Part shown: positions 20,402 through 31,825 of the stretch, piece after piece | Layout: the number at the start of each line of letters is the position of its first letter | Position numbering within the stretch: position 1 is the stretch's first letter | Assembly: GCA_963700285.1 (NCBI GenBank) | Contig: CAVOXA010000010.1 | Span: 1,152,001-1,216,000 of the forward strand | Length of the DNA stretch: 64,000 nt | Direction: 5' to 3' | DNA from: an uncultured Chloroflexia bacterium | GTDB lineage: Bacteria > Chloroflexota > Anaerolineae > JAAYZQ01 | Translations under genes and position numbers: made by a program | Notes under the pieces: model-generated | Databases searched by the model: none | What the model saw: only the letters and a program-made list of their open reading frames with translations | Told to the model about the DNA's origin: nothing

Positions 20402-21022
20402 TTAGAGGACAAGCAACCCCATCCGGGTAGCCCGGACGACAGCCTCGGTACGGCTCTGGGCCCCCAGCTTGCCCAAAATGGCGTTGACGTGAAACTTGAC
20501 CGTGTGGTCGCTGATGCCGAGCTGCAGGGCGACGGCCTTGTTCGACAGACCTTCGGCCAGGAGCTGGAGGACCTCCTCTTCCCGGGGCGTCAAGGCCTCG
20601 ACCAGAGGCTCGTCCTCCCGATCCCTGGCCGGCAGGATGGCCGGGGCCAGGATTGGGTCGAATACCACCAATCCCTGGGCAACAGCCCGCAGCGCGGCCG
20701 TCACGTTCTCAGGATCCGAGTCCCGAAGCAGCATCCCCTGTGCTCCTGCGCTCCAAACATCGGCGACCAGGGCATCGTCGGGCAGCAGCGCGAGGACAGG
20801 CAGGATGTCGCCGGACAGATCGTGCAGAGGGCCAGTGTCCGCGTCCCAACCCAGGTCCCATAGGACAGCGTCGGGCTGGTACACGGCAGCGTCGCCGGAC
20901 AGATCCAATCCCGGAGCAACCTGTCCAACGACAACACATCCTTCATGAGCGGCCAGCAGAGCCGCCAGCCCGGCCCGGGCCAGCGGATCGTCGGCCACAA
21001 CGAGTACGCGTACCTCATCCAT
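20402..21022 (-). CDS. NarL/LuxR-family response regulator
   Basis: Receiver-like N-terminus; LTPREEEVLQLLAEGLSNK..ISDHTVKFH HTH. Confidence 0.92.
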   Translation of the reverse strand: MDEVRVLVVADDPLARAGLAALLAAHEGCVVVGQVAPGLDLSGDAAVYQPDAVLWDLGWDADTGPLHDLSGDILPVLALLPDDALVADVWSAGAQGMLLRDSDPENVTAALRAVAQGLVVFDPILAPAILPARDREDEPLVEALTPREEEVLQLLAEGLSNKAVALQLGISDHTVKFHVNAILGKLGAQSRTEAVVRATRMGLLVL

Positions 21023-21158
21023 ACCGTTTCACGCCTGAGGCTGGACCGGTGTTCCTGAAACCAGTCCAGTCCGAGTTCCAGCTTGACTGATAGGTTACGA
21101 TTATATAAGATACCTGCCAGATTGGCAATGTCAGGCACAAGCGTACAGAAGAGGCAAA

Positions 21159-21722
21159 ATGGGCTACTTTGACGACAGGAAACACGCGGAAGAGTATATC
21201 GAGATGGCCGAAGGATATGATGCCCGGGAATTGATCGAGGTCCTGCAAAGGTATTTGCCAGAGGGCGCGACATTGCTTGAACTGGGAATGGGACCGGGAA
21301 CGGATCTGGATCTCCTCAGCCAGATCTACCAGGTGACGGGCTCGGATAGTGCCCAGACCTTTCTCGACATCTATCGCGAACAGAACAGCGAGGCAGACTT
21401 GATGCTGCTGGATGCCGCGACCCTCGACACGGACAGGAAATTCGACGGGATCTACTCGAACAAGGTGCTGCACCACCTGACAGAGGACGAGCTGGCACAA
21501 TCTCTTCTCAGGCAAAAAGCCACCCTTAATCCACAAGGCATCTTGTTCCATTCCTTCTGGTATGGAGAAGAGGAGGAGTTCTTCCATGGGTTGCGATTCA
21601 GGCAATACACAGAGGAGATGCTTCTCCGCATTATTAAACCGCATTTTGAGGTACTGGCCATGGAGAGATATACAGAGATGGAGGACGATGACTCTGTCTA
21701 TCTCGTACTCCGAAAGCGCTAG
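21159..21722 (+). CDS. Class I SAM-dependent methyltransferase
   Basis: LLELGMGPG, FDGIYSNKVLHH. Confidence 0.85.
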   Translation: MGYFDDRKHAEEYIEMAEGYDARELIEVLQRYLPEGATLLELGMGPGTDLDLLSQIYQVTGSDSAQTFLDIYREQNSEADLMLLDAATLDTDRKFDGIYSNKVLHHLTEDELAQSLLRQKATLNPQGILFHSFWYGEEEEFFHGLRFRQYTEEMLLRIIKPHFEVLAMERYTEMEDDDSVYLVLRKR

Positions 21723-21758
21723 AGGTAGAGCAGATCTCGGCGAGCCCAGCAGACGCTG

Positions 21759-22502
21759 CTAGCGCAGCAGCGCCTGCTCCAGTTGGCTCGCCGCCCCGGC
21801 GTCCAGAAGCCAGGTGAGCACGCCCGCCGTGGGGCAGATCCTCTGGGCTGGCAGGCCTCCATCCTCCCCCTCTAGCACAGCTTGCACGATGTCAGCCTTG
21901 GCGCTGCCTGTTACCAGGAACCAGATATGCCGCGCGGTGTTGATGGCCGGTAGGGTGAGGGTCACACGGCTGGCCGGGCGGCCCTCGTAGTGGGCTTCCA
22001 CGGCGAGAGCCAGACGCTCGCTCTCCTGCAGCGCGCCGGATCCGGGAAAGAGTGAGGCCGTATGGCCATCGCCGCCTACCCCCAATAGTATCAGGTCGAA
22101 GCGGGTCCGCGGCCCGCAAAAGTAATCGTTCAGACCCCGCTCATAGGCCCTCGCTGCCGCCCCCGGCTCAAGTTCGCCCCGTACTCGGTGGACGTTGCCG
22201 GCGGGGATGGGCACGTGGTCGAGCAGCGTGTCGCCGGCCAACCGGTAGTTGCTGCCAGGGTCGTCGGGCGGCACGCACCGCTCGTCGCCCCAGAAAAGGT
22301 GGACCTGCGCCCAGGGGATCTGCCCCCGATCTGGTTCCACGGCCAGCAGCCGGTACAGCGCCCCTGGGGTCGAGCCCCCGGATAGCGCGACGCTAAAGCG
22401 CCCTCTTGACTCCGCTGCCTCGCGGGCCAGATCGGTAAAGCGCCGAGCCGCTTCGCGGGCCAGCGCTGGCGGGTCTGGAAAGATCACGATCTCGGGATTC
22501 AT
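21759..22502 (-). CDS. pgl: 6-phosphogluconolactonase
   Basis: LSGGSTP, FWGDERCVPP, LLGVGGDGHTASLFP, RVTLT. Confidence 0.95.
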   Translation of the reverse strand: MNPEIVIFPDPPALAREAARRFTDLAREAAESRGRFSVALSGGSTPGALYRLLAVEPDRGQIPWAQVHLFWGDERCVPPDDPGSNYRLAGDTLLDHVPIPAGNVHRVRGELEPGAAARAYERGLNDYFCGPRTRFDLILLGVGGDGHTASLFPGSGALQESERLALAVEAHYEGRPASRVTLTLPAINTARHIWFLVTGSAKADIVQAVLEGEDGGLPAQRICPTAGVLTWLLDAGAASQLEQALLR

Positions 22503-23356
22503 CACAATTTCCTCCACAGGGCCGTCGCCTCACTCCCAGCTTTCTGGAAACCAAAGCGCTGGTATAGCCTTTGGGCCTGTTTGTTTTCTTCCTGCGTGTT
22601 GAGGGCGATGTAGCGCACGCCAGCCTGCTGGAAATAGCGCATCGCCTCCGCCATGAGCCTGGAGCCGATGCCCCGGCCCCACCAATCGGGGTGAACCGCC
22701 ACACGGATCAGGTGCCCGTGGCTCTGATCCTCTATGGAGCAATAGCAATAGCCCACCACGGCATCAGTGGCTGTCGCCACGACAAAGTAGGGCAGAGATT
22801 CTCTCCACCGCCTGAGCGACTCCAGCGAGTTGCGCCAGCGGGGATGAAAACTCGGCGAGTCCAGCGCGACCAGAGCCCCATAGTCGGCAGGCTGGACAGG
22901 GCGAACTATGACGTCCTGATTTCCCGCCACCGGAATCGACCAGCCGCTCTTTTCAAAGGTGACGATGTGGCTGATCAGACAGAAGCCTCGTTCCTGGAGC
23001 GGATCTAGCAGCCATGCGGCCGATCCGGTATAGGAGAGAGCCGTGATTCCCCCCTGGCGCAGATGGGTGACACAGGGAGGCAGTAGAAGGTCCAACCAGA
23101 ACGCGACGTCTACCCCGTCGGTCAGGCCAGCAGCGGCCAGACTTCCCTGCTGGGGGAGGCGGACGGCCCAGGCCAGAAAACCCTTGATCTGGCCGGCCTC
23201 CTCGGCCAGCAGAAACGGCTCTTGAGACAAATAGTTCCCCAGAGAGGACTCGCTGAATTGCAGGACCACCCGCTGCGCATCCGCCAGCAGATGCCTCAAC
23301 GGGCCTTCATCAGCCGGCGAAGCCTGGCGCACCAGCCATGATCCTCCCATCTGCAT
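22502..23356 (-). CDS. GNAT N-acetyltransferase (tandem-domain)
   Basis: VAVHPDWWGRGIGSRL, NKQAQRLYQRFGF. Confidence 0.85.
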   Translation of the reverse strand: MQMGGSWLVRQASPADEGPLRHLLADAQRVVLQFSESSLGNYLSQEPFLLAEEAGQIKGFLAWAVRLPQQGSLAAAGLTDGVDVAFWLDLLLPPCVTHLRQGGITALSYTGSAAWLLDPLQERGFCLISHIVTFEKSGWSIPVAGNQDVIVRPVQPADYGALVALDSPSFHPRWRNSLESLRRWRESLPYFVVATATDAVVGYCYCSIEDQSHGHLIRVAVHPDWWGRGIGSRLMAEAMRYFQQAGVRYIALNTQEENKQAQRLYQRFGFQKAGSEATALWRKL

Positions 23357-23377
23357 CTCACCCCACCCAACCCAATG

Positions 23378-24855
23378 CTAGCCGCCCCTGGAGTAGTGCT
23401 CGGCGCAACCATGGCGCCAGATGCGGCCGGCTTGGGCCAAAAAATCTTCCGCTTCTACCGGCCCCCACGTCCCAGGCTGGTACTCGGCCAGGACAGGCGC
23501 ATCGGGTCGCTGCCAGCCGGCCAGGATCGGATCGATCAAACTCCAGGCCAGCTCGATCTCGTCGGCGCGGGCAAAGAGGGCAGCATCGCCCTGCATCGCG
23601 TCCAGCAGCAGCCGCTCGTAGGCCTCCGGCAGCGCCGCCGCGCCAAAGTCCTCGGCATAGTGAAATTCCATATCCACCGGACCGGGACCTGCATCCCGAC
23701 GCCAGGCTCCTTGGCCTCAAAACGCAGGTGGATGCCCTCGTCCGGCTGGAGGCAGAGGGAAAGGACATTGGGCGTCATCTCTGCTGCCGGGTACCTGGGG
23801 GAACATCAGGTGCGGCACGCCCTTGAACTGGATGGCGATCTCGGTTGTCTTGGCCTGTCAGGTACTTGCCGGAGCGCAGGTAAAAGGGCACGCCCTGCCA
23901 GCGCCAGTTGTCGACAAAGAACTCGAGCGCGGCATAGGTCGGCGTCTGCGAATCGGGCGCCACCCCTCCTCGGCAAGGTAGCCCTCGTACTGCGCCGCAC
24001 ACTTTCTGCCGCCGCGATCCGGGTCGCCCGCAGGACCTTGACCTTCTCGTCCCGCAGGGCATTGGCCTCAAAGAGGGCCGGGGGCTCCATGGCCGTCAGA
24101 GTGAGCAGCTGCAGCAGGTGGTTCTGGAACATGTCGCGCAGCACACCGGCCTTGTCGTAGTAACCGGCCCGATGCCCCACGCCAACGCTCTCGGCCACCG
24201 TGATCTGCACGTGATCCACATAGTTCCGGTTCCACAGCGGCTCAAAGATGGCGTTGGCAAAGCGGAAGGTCAGGATATTCTGGACCGTTTCCTTGCCCAG
24301 ATAGTGATCGATGCGGTAGACCTGGTCTTCATCGAACACGGCGTGGACCTGCTCGTTGAGGTCGCGGGCGCTCTCCAGGTCGCGGCCGAACGGTTTTTCG
24401 ATGATGATGCGCGTCCAGCCCTGGCTGTGGTTCAACCCGGCCTGGCCCAATTGCTCGACGATGATGGGATAGAGCGTAGGCGGGGTGGCCAGGTAGAAGA
24501 GCCGGTTGCCCCCAGTGCCCTGCCTCGGCATCGTTCCGGCCAGGCGCTCCGCCAGGCGGCGGTAGGTCTCGGGATCGTCGTAGCTACCGGCCAGGTAGGT
24601 AAGTCGATGCTCTGCCTGGGACCAGAGGTCGCAGACGTTCGGCTTGAGCCGGGCATAGTCCAACACGCCTTCATACAGCCGGAGGCGAAAGTCATCGTCG
24701 GACATGGGGCTGCGCGCTACCCCCACGACCTGGCTCGCATCGGGTAGGAACCCCTCACAGCCAAGGCTGTGCAGCGCTGGCACCAGTTTCCGGCGTGTCA
24801 GATCGCCCGACGCGCCAAAGATTACGGTCGTTGATGGTTCTGCTTTCTGCAACAT
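23378..24855 (-). CDS. zwf: Glucose-6-phosphate 1-dehydrogenase (frameshifted in assembly)
   Basis: [48 protein letters not shown]. Confidence 0.93.
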
Positions 24856-24924
24856 TGCTTGTTTCTCCCTTGATCAGGGACAGAGCTCTCCGCTACGACT
24901 CGCTCTTTCCCCACAACACACTGC

Positions 24925-24990
24925 GCGTAGCGTATTCTTTGGCAGGGAGATGCAACACGCAACACGCACTAGGCAACACGTATCGCGCAT
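24925..24990. repeat. CAACACG heptamer repeats, intergenic
   Basis: GCAACACGCAACACGCAC...GCAACACG. Confidence 0.45.
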
Positions 24991-27763
24991 CATGTCACGG
25001 AACCTGCCAGCAGGTTCAGCCCCCCAACCACATCGTCCCCCAGGTGAAAGCGGATCACCCGCCGCCCGCTGTCCAGCAGCGCCTGCTTGTCGCCCAGCGC
25101 CTGGGCCATCTTGAGCACGCCAAAGCTCATGGTCGATTCCGGCGAGCCCGCCTCGTCCGGGATGGCACGATCCTGCGAGTCGTCGGCCGTGAACTGGATG
25201 AACAGGCCGTTGCCGGCGTCGCCCTTGTGCAACTGGCCGGTGGAGTGCAGGAATCGCGGCCCATATCCGACCGTCGTCGCCAGCTTGAGATGGTCGCGCA
25301 GCCGGGTGCGCAGCGCCAGCAATGCCGCATCGGTCTCGGCCGTTGGCTGGACGTAGGCCTGTAAGGAGATATAGTCGCCAGCCTGGGCTTGGGCCAGAAA
25401 CGCTTGCAGTTCTTCGCCAGCCAACGGCGCCGGTTCGTCCTGGGGCAGTGCCCCTGTTTCGGCGTAGGCGGCGATGGCACTCGCGGGCCAGCACCTTGGC
25501 CGCCTCGACGTTGGGCTGGTCGAAGGGATTGATGCCCAGGCGATGGCCGGCCACCGCCGTCGCCATCTCCCACAGGAAGAACTGCTCCCCCAGGTCGTAC
25601 AGGTCCCGCAGGCGCAGGCGCACCACCGGATGCCCGGCATCCTCGAGGGCCTGCACAGCCTCGTCGTAGGTATCGTCGCCGTCCAACCGCAGGTAGACGA
25701 ACAGCCGGTCGTCGCCATAGACATCAGGCGCGCCCAGCGGCTCGCCGACCACGGGCAGGATGCCCTTGCCCTCCTTGCCGGTGCTCTCGGCGATGAGCTG
25801 CTCCACCCAATCACCAAAGTTGCCAAGCCGCGGCGAGGTGACAAAGGTCACCTTGTCCCGGCCAGCCTTGGCCAGCTCACCCAGGATCGCGCCCAACCAG
25901 GCGCCGTTGTTGTCGCCATCCACAGGGCAGTTGCACGGCTCACAGTTGCAGGCCATGGTCAGCGCCTGCTCCAGCAGCGTCTCTACGTCCACTCCCACCA
26001 GCGCCGCCGGCACCAGCCCAAAGTAGGACAGCGACCGAGTAGCGCCCGCCGATGTTGGGATCGTTGAGGAAGGTAGTGCGAAAGTCGTAGCGAGCGGCAA
26101 GTTCAGCCAGCTTGCTGCCAGGATCGGTGATGGCCACAAAGTGCTCCCCTGCCCGCTCAGCTCCCAGGGCATCAGCCGTCCAGTTGTAGAAAGTACTTGA
26201 AGAAGGACAGGGTCTCAGCCGTGCCACCCGACTTGGTGGACGACGATGAACAGCGTACGGGCCGGATCGAGCCGCTCGGCGTGGGCCAGGACTGCCCCTG
26301 GATCGGTGCTGTCCAGCACGGCCAGGTTGAGGGCTTGGGCGACCTGGCCGCCAAAGACCTGGCTAAAGACCTCGGGCGCCAGGCTCGAGCCCCCCATGCC
26401 CAGCAACAGGACGTCGGTGTATCCCTCGGCCATCACCGCCTCCGACCAGGGCATTCAGGCGGTAGGCCTGCGCTCGCATCGCTTCGGCGATGTGCAGCCA
26501 GCCCAGCCGGTTGGTGATCTCGGCGGGCTCTGGCTTCCACACCGTATAGTCGTGGGCCCAGATGCGGGCCACGATCCGGTCCTCCACCATCTCTTCCAGC
26601 GCCGCGTCCACCAAGGGCTGGTACTCCCCCAGGCTGGCCGACCGCCGCTGCCACTCATTCAGGAGACGCTCTCGTTTTTCGGCGATGCTGGCCACCAGCG
26701 ACTCAAAGGCCTTGGCAAAGGAAGCAACGCCCTCGTCCTGCAATCCTTGGGTGATGGCCTCCAGGTCTACTCCCAGGCCGGCCAGTCCTGCCAATTGGTC
26801 ACGGGCTTCCTCCAGATCGCGCTCCAGGGTAAGCGAGACGGTGCCATGATCCATGAAGGCATCGAGCGTAGCCGGCGGCACCGTATTGACCGTATCGGGG
26901 CCGATGAGCGCTTCCACGTACAGCGTGTCAGGGTAGAGCGGGTTCTTGGTACCGGTACTGGCCCACAGGGGGCGCTGGACGCGAGCGCCCTGGGCGGCCA
27001 GGCGTTCCCAACGCTCGCCGCCAAAGACCTCGCGGAAGCGGGCATAGGCGACCTTGGCGTTGGCAATGGCGATCTTGCCGGTCAAAGGATGGAGGCTGGA
27101 GATTGGAACTCGAGGGCCTCCAGATCACGGTCCACGGCGGTGTCCACGCGGCTGACAAAAAAGGAGGCGACGGAGGCAACCCTGGACAGATCGCCCCCGG
27201 AAGCGGCCAGCCTTTCCAGGCCAGCGATGTAGGCGTTGGCCACGGCGTCATAGTGGGCCAGAGAGAACATGAGGGTGACGTTGATATTGATGCCCTCACC
27301 GATGAGCGTCTCGATGGCCGGGATACCCGCGGGCGTGGCCGGGACCTTGATCATGACGTTGGGTCGGTCCAGGAGCGGCAAAGAGCCGCCGCGCCTCGGC
27401 GATCGTGCCCTCGGTATCATGGGCCAGCTCGGGGCTGACCTCCAGGCTGACATAGCCGTCGCCGCCACCGGTCCGGTCGTACACCGGTCGCAGCAGATCA
27501 GCAGCACGCTGAATATCCTCAATGGCCAGCGACTCATAGATCTCTTCCACCACCTTGCCCTCGGTCACCAATTCCCCCAAAGCCTCGTCATAGTCGGCGC
27601 TGCCGGCGATCGCTTTTTCAAAAATGGACGGGTTGGAGGTGACACCCGTTACCCCTGCCTCAATAAGCGCCTGGAGTTCGCCTGAATCCAGTAGCGCCCG
27701 CCGGATGTTGTCGTACCAGATCGACTGGCCCAGAGTGGCCAGTTCGTGTAGCTTTGTCATCAT
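24990..27763 (-). CDS. Bifunctional transaldolase / glucose-6-phosphate isomerase (frameshifted)
   Basis: GQSIWYD, GVTSNP, SLEVSP, IKVPAT, SFFVSR, WAST; then GMGGSSL, KSGGT, IGGRYS, NPFDQPNVE, GPRFLHSTGQ. Confidence 0.92.
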
Positions 27764-27778
27764 GATCCTCCGATTGAC

Positions 27779-28543
27779 CTACGATTTCTTTCTGAGCAAC
27801 GACTTGGCTGCCATCGCTGCACCAACAATGCCTGCTTCGTTCAAGAGTTGGGCTGGCACAACATCGGCCTGGGTATTGAGCAAGGGCAGGAACTTGTGGT
27901 GATTCTTGCTGGCACCACCCCCCAATACGAACAGGTCTGGGGAAAAGAGAACCTCCAATGCTCCCAAGACGTCATTCACCCGTCCTGCCCACTCGCTCCA
28001 GCCCAGTCCCTCCCCCTTGCGAGCCCGGTCGGACGCATAGTCCTCCATCTCGACAGCACAATGTGCGCCACACATGAGATGCATGTGCCCCAATTCGGTA
28101 TTTGGCAGAAGCGTTCCACCAACAAAGATGGCGCTGCCGATACCGGTGCCGAGGGTAAGCACAAAGATAATACCCCTGCGCCCCCGTCCTGCGCCGAACC
28201 TCATCTCGGCAATGCCAGCGGCATCGGCATCGTTGAGCAGCCGCACGGGGCAACCGGTCGCCTTTTCCAGCAGCTTTCTGCCGTTGACGCCGACCCATGA
28301 GTCGTCAACGTTGGCCGCGCTGTAGACGACGCCCTTTTTGACCACCGCCGGGAATGTGCAGCCGATGGGGCCTGTCCAGCGGAAATGGCGGGCAATCTTT
28401 GCCACTGTGCCGGCTACGGCATCGGGCGTGGATGGCTGCGGGGTCGAGATTCGGCGGCGTTTGGTCGCCAGCGTCCCTTTTTTGACGTCAACCAACGCGC
28501 CCTTGATGCCAGAACCCCCAATATCAACTCCCAGAATCTCCAT
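27779..28543 (-). CDS. ppgK: Polyphosphate/ATP glucokinase (ROK family)
   Basis: GVDIGGSGIK, NDADAAGIAE, TLGTGIGSA, PNTELGH. Confidence 0.88.
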   Translation of the reverse strand: MEILGVDIGGSGIKGALVDVKKGTLATKRRRISTPQPSTPDAVAGTVAKIARHFRWTGPIGCTFPAVVKKGVVYSAANVDDSWVGVNGRKLLEKATGCPVRLLNDADAAGIAEMRFGAGRGRRGIIFVLTLGTGIGSAIFVGGTLLPNTELGHMHLMCGAHCAVEMEDYASDRARKGEGLGWSEWAGRVNDVLGALEVLFSPDLFVLGGGASKNHHKFLPLLNTQADVVPAQLLNEAGIVGAAMAAKSLLRKKS

Positions 28544-28612
28544 ACCATTCTCCTCCAGGAACAGGCTCAGACGATAGGGTTGGTACCCGAGTTCCCGACT
28601 CGTCAGGGCTAC

Positions 28613-29150
28613 TCACTCGATGGGTATCCAATAACGTCCTTGGAAAAGCCCTCCCGGCCGGGCCTGAAGCCCATTGAATGAAACCAGGTCGAAGGACGGG
28701 TCAAAGGCATACCCAAGCTGATGGTACACCTCGGGCGGGATGCCAATGTCGGCCAGATAGAGTTCGCAGGGCAGCCCCCGCAGCCCTGTTTTGGGCAGGG
28801 CCAGGGTCAGCGTACGTTCGGGCCGCACCATACTGCCAGGCGCCTCGCCCGTCGCCGCGTTGAGGCCGGAGGGCACGTCCAGGGAAAGGACTCGGGCTGC
28901 GTATTTGTTGCAGAGATCGATCAGATCGGCCGCCCTCCCCCGGGGTGCCCCGCGCAGGCCGTAGCCGATCAGCGCATCCACGACGAGATGCGCATCCTGG
29001 ATCGACGCTTGGGCCAGAGCCCCATCCAGCGGGTGGAGGCCGGCTGATTGCAGGATACCAAGCTGGCGGCCGGCAGATCCCTGCAAGACGCTGGCGTCCC
29101 GTCCGAGCACCAACCGAACATCGATGCCGTGGTTGTGCAGGTTTCGTCGT
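28613..29150 (-). pseudogene. nnrE: 5'-truncated NAD(P)H-hydrate epimerase (YjeF_N)
   Basis: VDALIGYG, SLDVPSG, TLTLALPKTGL, LADIGIP present; N-terminal MENAG/GNNGG motifs absent. Confidence 0.7.
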
Positions 29151-29172
29151 TTGACCCCCTCCGGTTCTGGGT

Positions 29173-29229
29173 TCTGACCTTGCGGCGGCGGCGCGCATCC
29201 AGACTGGCGGCCCGCCGCCGCGAGGCAGA
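29173..29229. repeat. Strong GC hairpin at the nnrE truncation point
   Basis: TCTGACCTTGCGGCGGCGG...CCGCCGCCGCGAGGCAGA. Confidence 0.6.
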
Positions 29230-29325
29230 GTAGGTCTTTCGAACTTTGGCCTCCAGACGCCATCAGGTGTCATTTCCATACCTGAAAACGATTGCACCGG
29301 TCGTGGAGCAAGCAGAGACGAGCAC

Positions 29326-30354
29326 TTATACCTTCCAGTCAGCCAGATAAGGTACGTCGCGGTCCTTCACCCTGGCCCCGAGGGCAGGATGCATCGACAT
29401 ATCGGGCGAATACCTGCTGGCCGGGACCGTCCTGCCCAGCGCCTCAGCCATCGCCCGGACGTGGTGCGGCGCCGCCCCACAGCAGATGCCGATGTAGCTG
29501 ACGCCCATGTCCCGCGCCGCCACCGCAAAATCGGCCATTTCAAACCGCGTGCTGGTAAAAGGCTCCAGGGCAATGGGGAACCCACGCTCCTCGCCCTCAT
29601 TCTGCAGGACGGCAAAGGTCGGCTGCTCCTCGGTCGTCCGGTAGGGGACCGGCAGTGCGGAAACGTAGCCGTCGACCGCTTCCCGGACCTCTTTTATCAT
29701 TGGCAGCAGCGTGTCAGGCCCCCTGGAGCAGTTGAGCCCGACGACTTCTGCCCCCCGATCTTGGACGATCTTGCAGGCTTCTGGAAAGGCATAGCCATCT
29801 TTGCTTTGGTCGTGGATGGAGCCAAAGGCGACCATGATCGGCAGGTCGAATTGTTTGGCCACATCTACAGCAATGATCGCCTCACCCAAATAGTCCAGGG
29901 TTTCGGCCACGATAAAGTCCACACCTTCGTCAGCGGCCCAGCCGACCTGTTCCTCGTACATCTGACGGACATCTTTGCCCGTATCTTTGGGATTCCGGTG
30001 GTCATACACCCACGTATTGCTGATGTTGCCCGCCACCAGGGCGTCGCCCTCCGCGGCAACCTCTCTGGCCAACCGCACCGCTTGGCGGTTGAGCGCCTCC
30101 AGGTCACCCTCCCGGCCGATGGTTCTCAGCTTATCGCGGTAGGCATAGTAGGTCAGCGCCAACATGACATCTGAGCCCGCCCACAGAAACTCCCGGTGAA
30201 GCTGCCGCACGGCTTCGGGATTGTCCAACACCACCTCGGGCACGTAGGCCCCAGCCTGAAGATAGCCACGCCGTTCTAGCTCGAATAAATAGCCCTCAGC
30301 GGCCAATACGACGCCCGTCTCCAGTCTCTCCATTAACCCGACTTTGTCACCCAT
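29326..30354 (-). CDS. Homocysteine S-methyltransferase (BHMT-like)
   Basis: ELERRGY, HREFL.AGSD, GLNC, GICCG Zn ligands. Confidence 0.9.
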   Translation of the reverse strand: MGDKVGLMERLETGVVLAAEGYLFELERRGYLQAGAYVPEVVLDNPEAVRQLHREFLWAGSDVMLALTYYAYRDKLRTIGREGDLEALNRQAVRLAREVAAEGDALVAGNISNTWVYDHRNPKDTGKDVRQMYEEQVGWAADEGVDFIVAETLDYLGEAIIAVDVAKQFDLPIMVAFGSIHDQSKDGYAFPEACKIVQDRGAEVVGLNCSRGPDTLLPMIKEVREAVDGYVSALPVPYRTTEEQPTFAVLQNEGEERGFPIALEPFTSTRFEMADFAVAARDMGVSYIGICCGAAPHHVRAMAEALGRTVPASRYSPDMSMHPALGARVKDRDVPYLADWKV

Positions 30355-30450
30355 TACTGGCTCCTCGTAGCATTTGATTCAGGGCACAGCCCTGCCCGTC
30401 TGTAGATTCTCACGCCTGGCAGCCGCCGTCGCGGGCCAGGCGGGTCACAC

Positions 30451-31083
30451 CTATCCACCAATCAGGATCGCCCGGGCGGGCGCGCCGTCGCCGGCCTCGA
30501 TCTTGAGGGGAAGACAAACAAGCTGGTAGAGCCCCGGCGCAATCTGGCACAGATCCAGCGCTTCCACCACGACCAACCCGGCGCCCAGCAAGATCTGGTG
30601 TGGAACGATCAGGTCGTCAAAGGGCGCCACCGCCAGATAGTCCACGCCCACCAGGCGGACGCCATGATCGATCAGCCAATGGGCGCCATCCCGCGTGACC
30701 CCAACATAGTTCTCATCAAACTCACGCTCGCCCCGCATCCAGCGTTCAGAGTTACGGGTGCGAAAAAGCAGGCGCTCGGTGCCAGGAGGGATAGACAGTC
30801 CATCTAGTACGCCGGCAGAGATTGCGTCGACCTCCAAGCAATGGACAACCAGCGAGGGCCCGACCAACAGGCTCAGATCCATGACATCGACCCCTGCAGC
30901 GCCAGGAACAAAGTGAGCCGGTGCATCCACATGTGTGCCGGTGTGGGAACTGATCTCCAGACGGCTGACGGTCGACCGGTCTCCCCGATCCAGGTGTGAC
31001 CGGTGGCTGATGCCGATAGAGGGGTGGTCCGGCCAGACGACGAGCGACTCAGAGATAGACAGCGAGATATCATAGATGGCCAT
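30451..31083 (-). CDS. Cyclase family / kynurenine formamidase
   Basis: HTGTHVDAPAH, GVDY, GDGAPARA. Confidence 0.9.
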   Translation of the reverse strand: MAIYDISLSISESLVVWPDHPSIGISHRSHLDRGDRSTVSRLEISSHTGTHVDAPAHFVPGAAGVDVMDLSLLVGPSLVVHCLEVDAISAGVLDGLSIPPGTERLLFRTRNSERWMRGEREFDENYVGVTRDGAHWLIDHGVRLVGVDYLAVAPFDDLIVPHQILLGAGLVVVEALDLCQIAPGLYQLVCLPLKIEAGDGAPARAILIGG

Positions 31084-31093
31084 GTCATACTCC

Positions 31094-31811
31094 CTAACTT
31101 CTACCGTAGACGGGAACCGCAGCCCCACTTACCGCCCGCGCGGCATCCGAGGCCAAAAAGAGCATGACGTCGGCGATAGCCTCAGGCGGCACCCAGCGGC
31201 TGTGATCCGCCGTGGGCATGGCCTGGCGGTTCTGCGGCGTATCGATGGTCCCCGGCAGTACGCAGTTCACATTGATCCCTTGCTGCCAGGAGTTCCGCGG
31301 ACAGGCTCTCCACCAGCCGCACGATGCCGCTCTTGGAGACACTGTAGGCAGAGGCATTGGCCCCACCCTTTAGCGCCGCACGCGCCGCCACGTGGACGAT
31401 CTTGCCCGAACCTTGCGCCAGCATGGAGGGCGCCACCGCCCGGCTGAGGACAAAGGCCGTCCGGGCATTCAGGTTGAGCATGAAATCCCAGGTCTCCAGC
31501 GAGGTCTCCTGGACCGGCGTCCCGGCACGGTAACCGCCAACCGTGTTGGCCAAAACGTCGATGCGGCCAAAGCGATCCAGTGCGGCCTGCACCGCACCTT
31601 CCACGGACTCGGCATCGGTCGCGTCCACAGAGCCAAGCAGCAGATATTTCGGCGAACCGGCCAGTTCCGGGAAAAGCCCGGACAGCCGCTCTGGCTTGCG
31701 GTCCGGTAGCACGAGGCTGGCGCCAGCCTCGTAGAACGCCCGGGTAACCGCCTGGCCAAGATTGCCAGATGCCCCACTGACCATCACAATCTGATTGGAA
31801 AAGTCAAACAT
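31094..31811 (-). CDS. SDR family oxidoreductase (one frameshift)
   Basis: [13 protein letters not shown], then [14 protein letters not shown] in the next frame. Confidence 0.88.
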
Positions 31812-31825
31812 TAGGATACGCTCCT

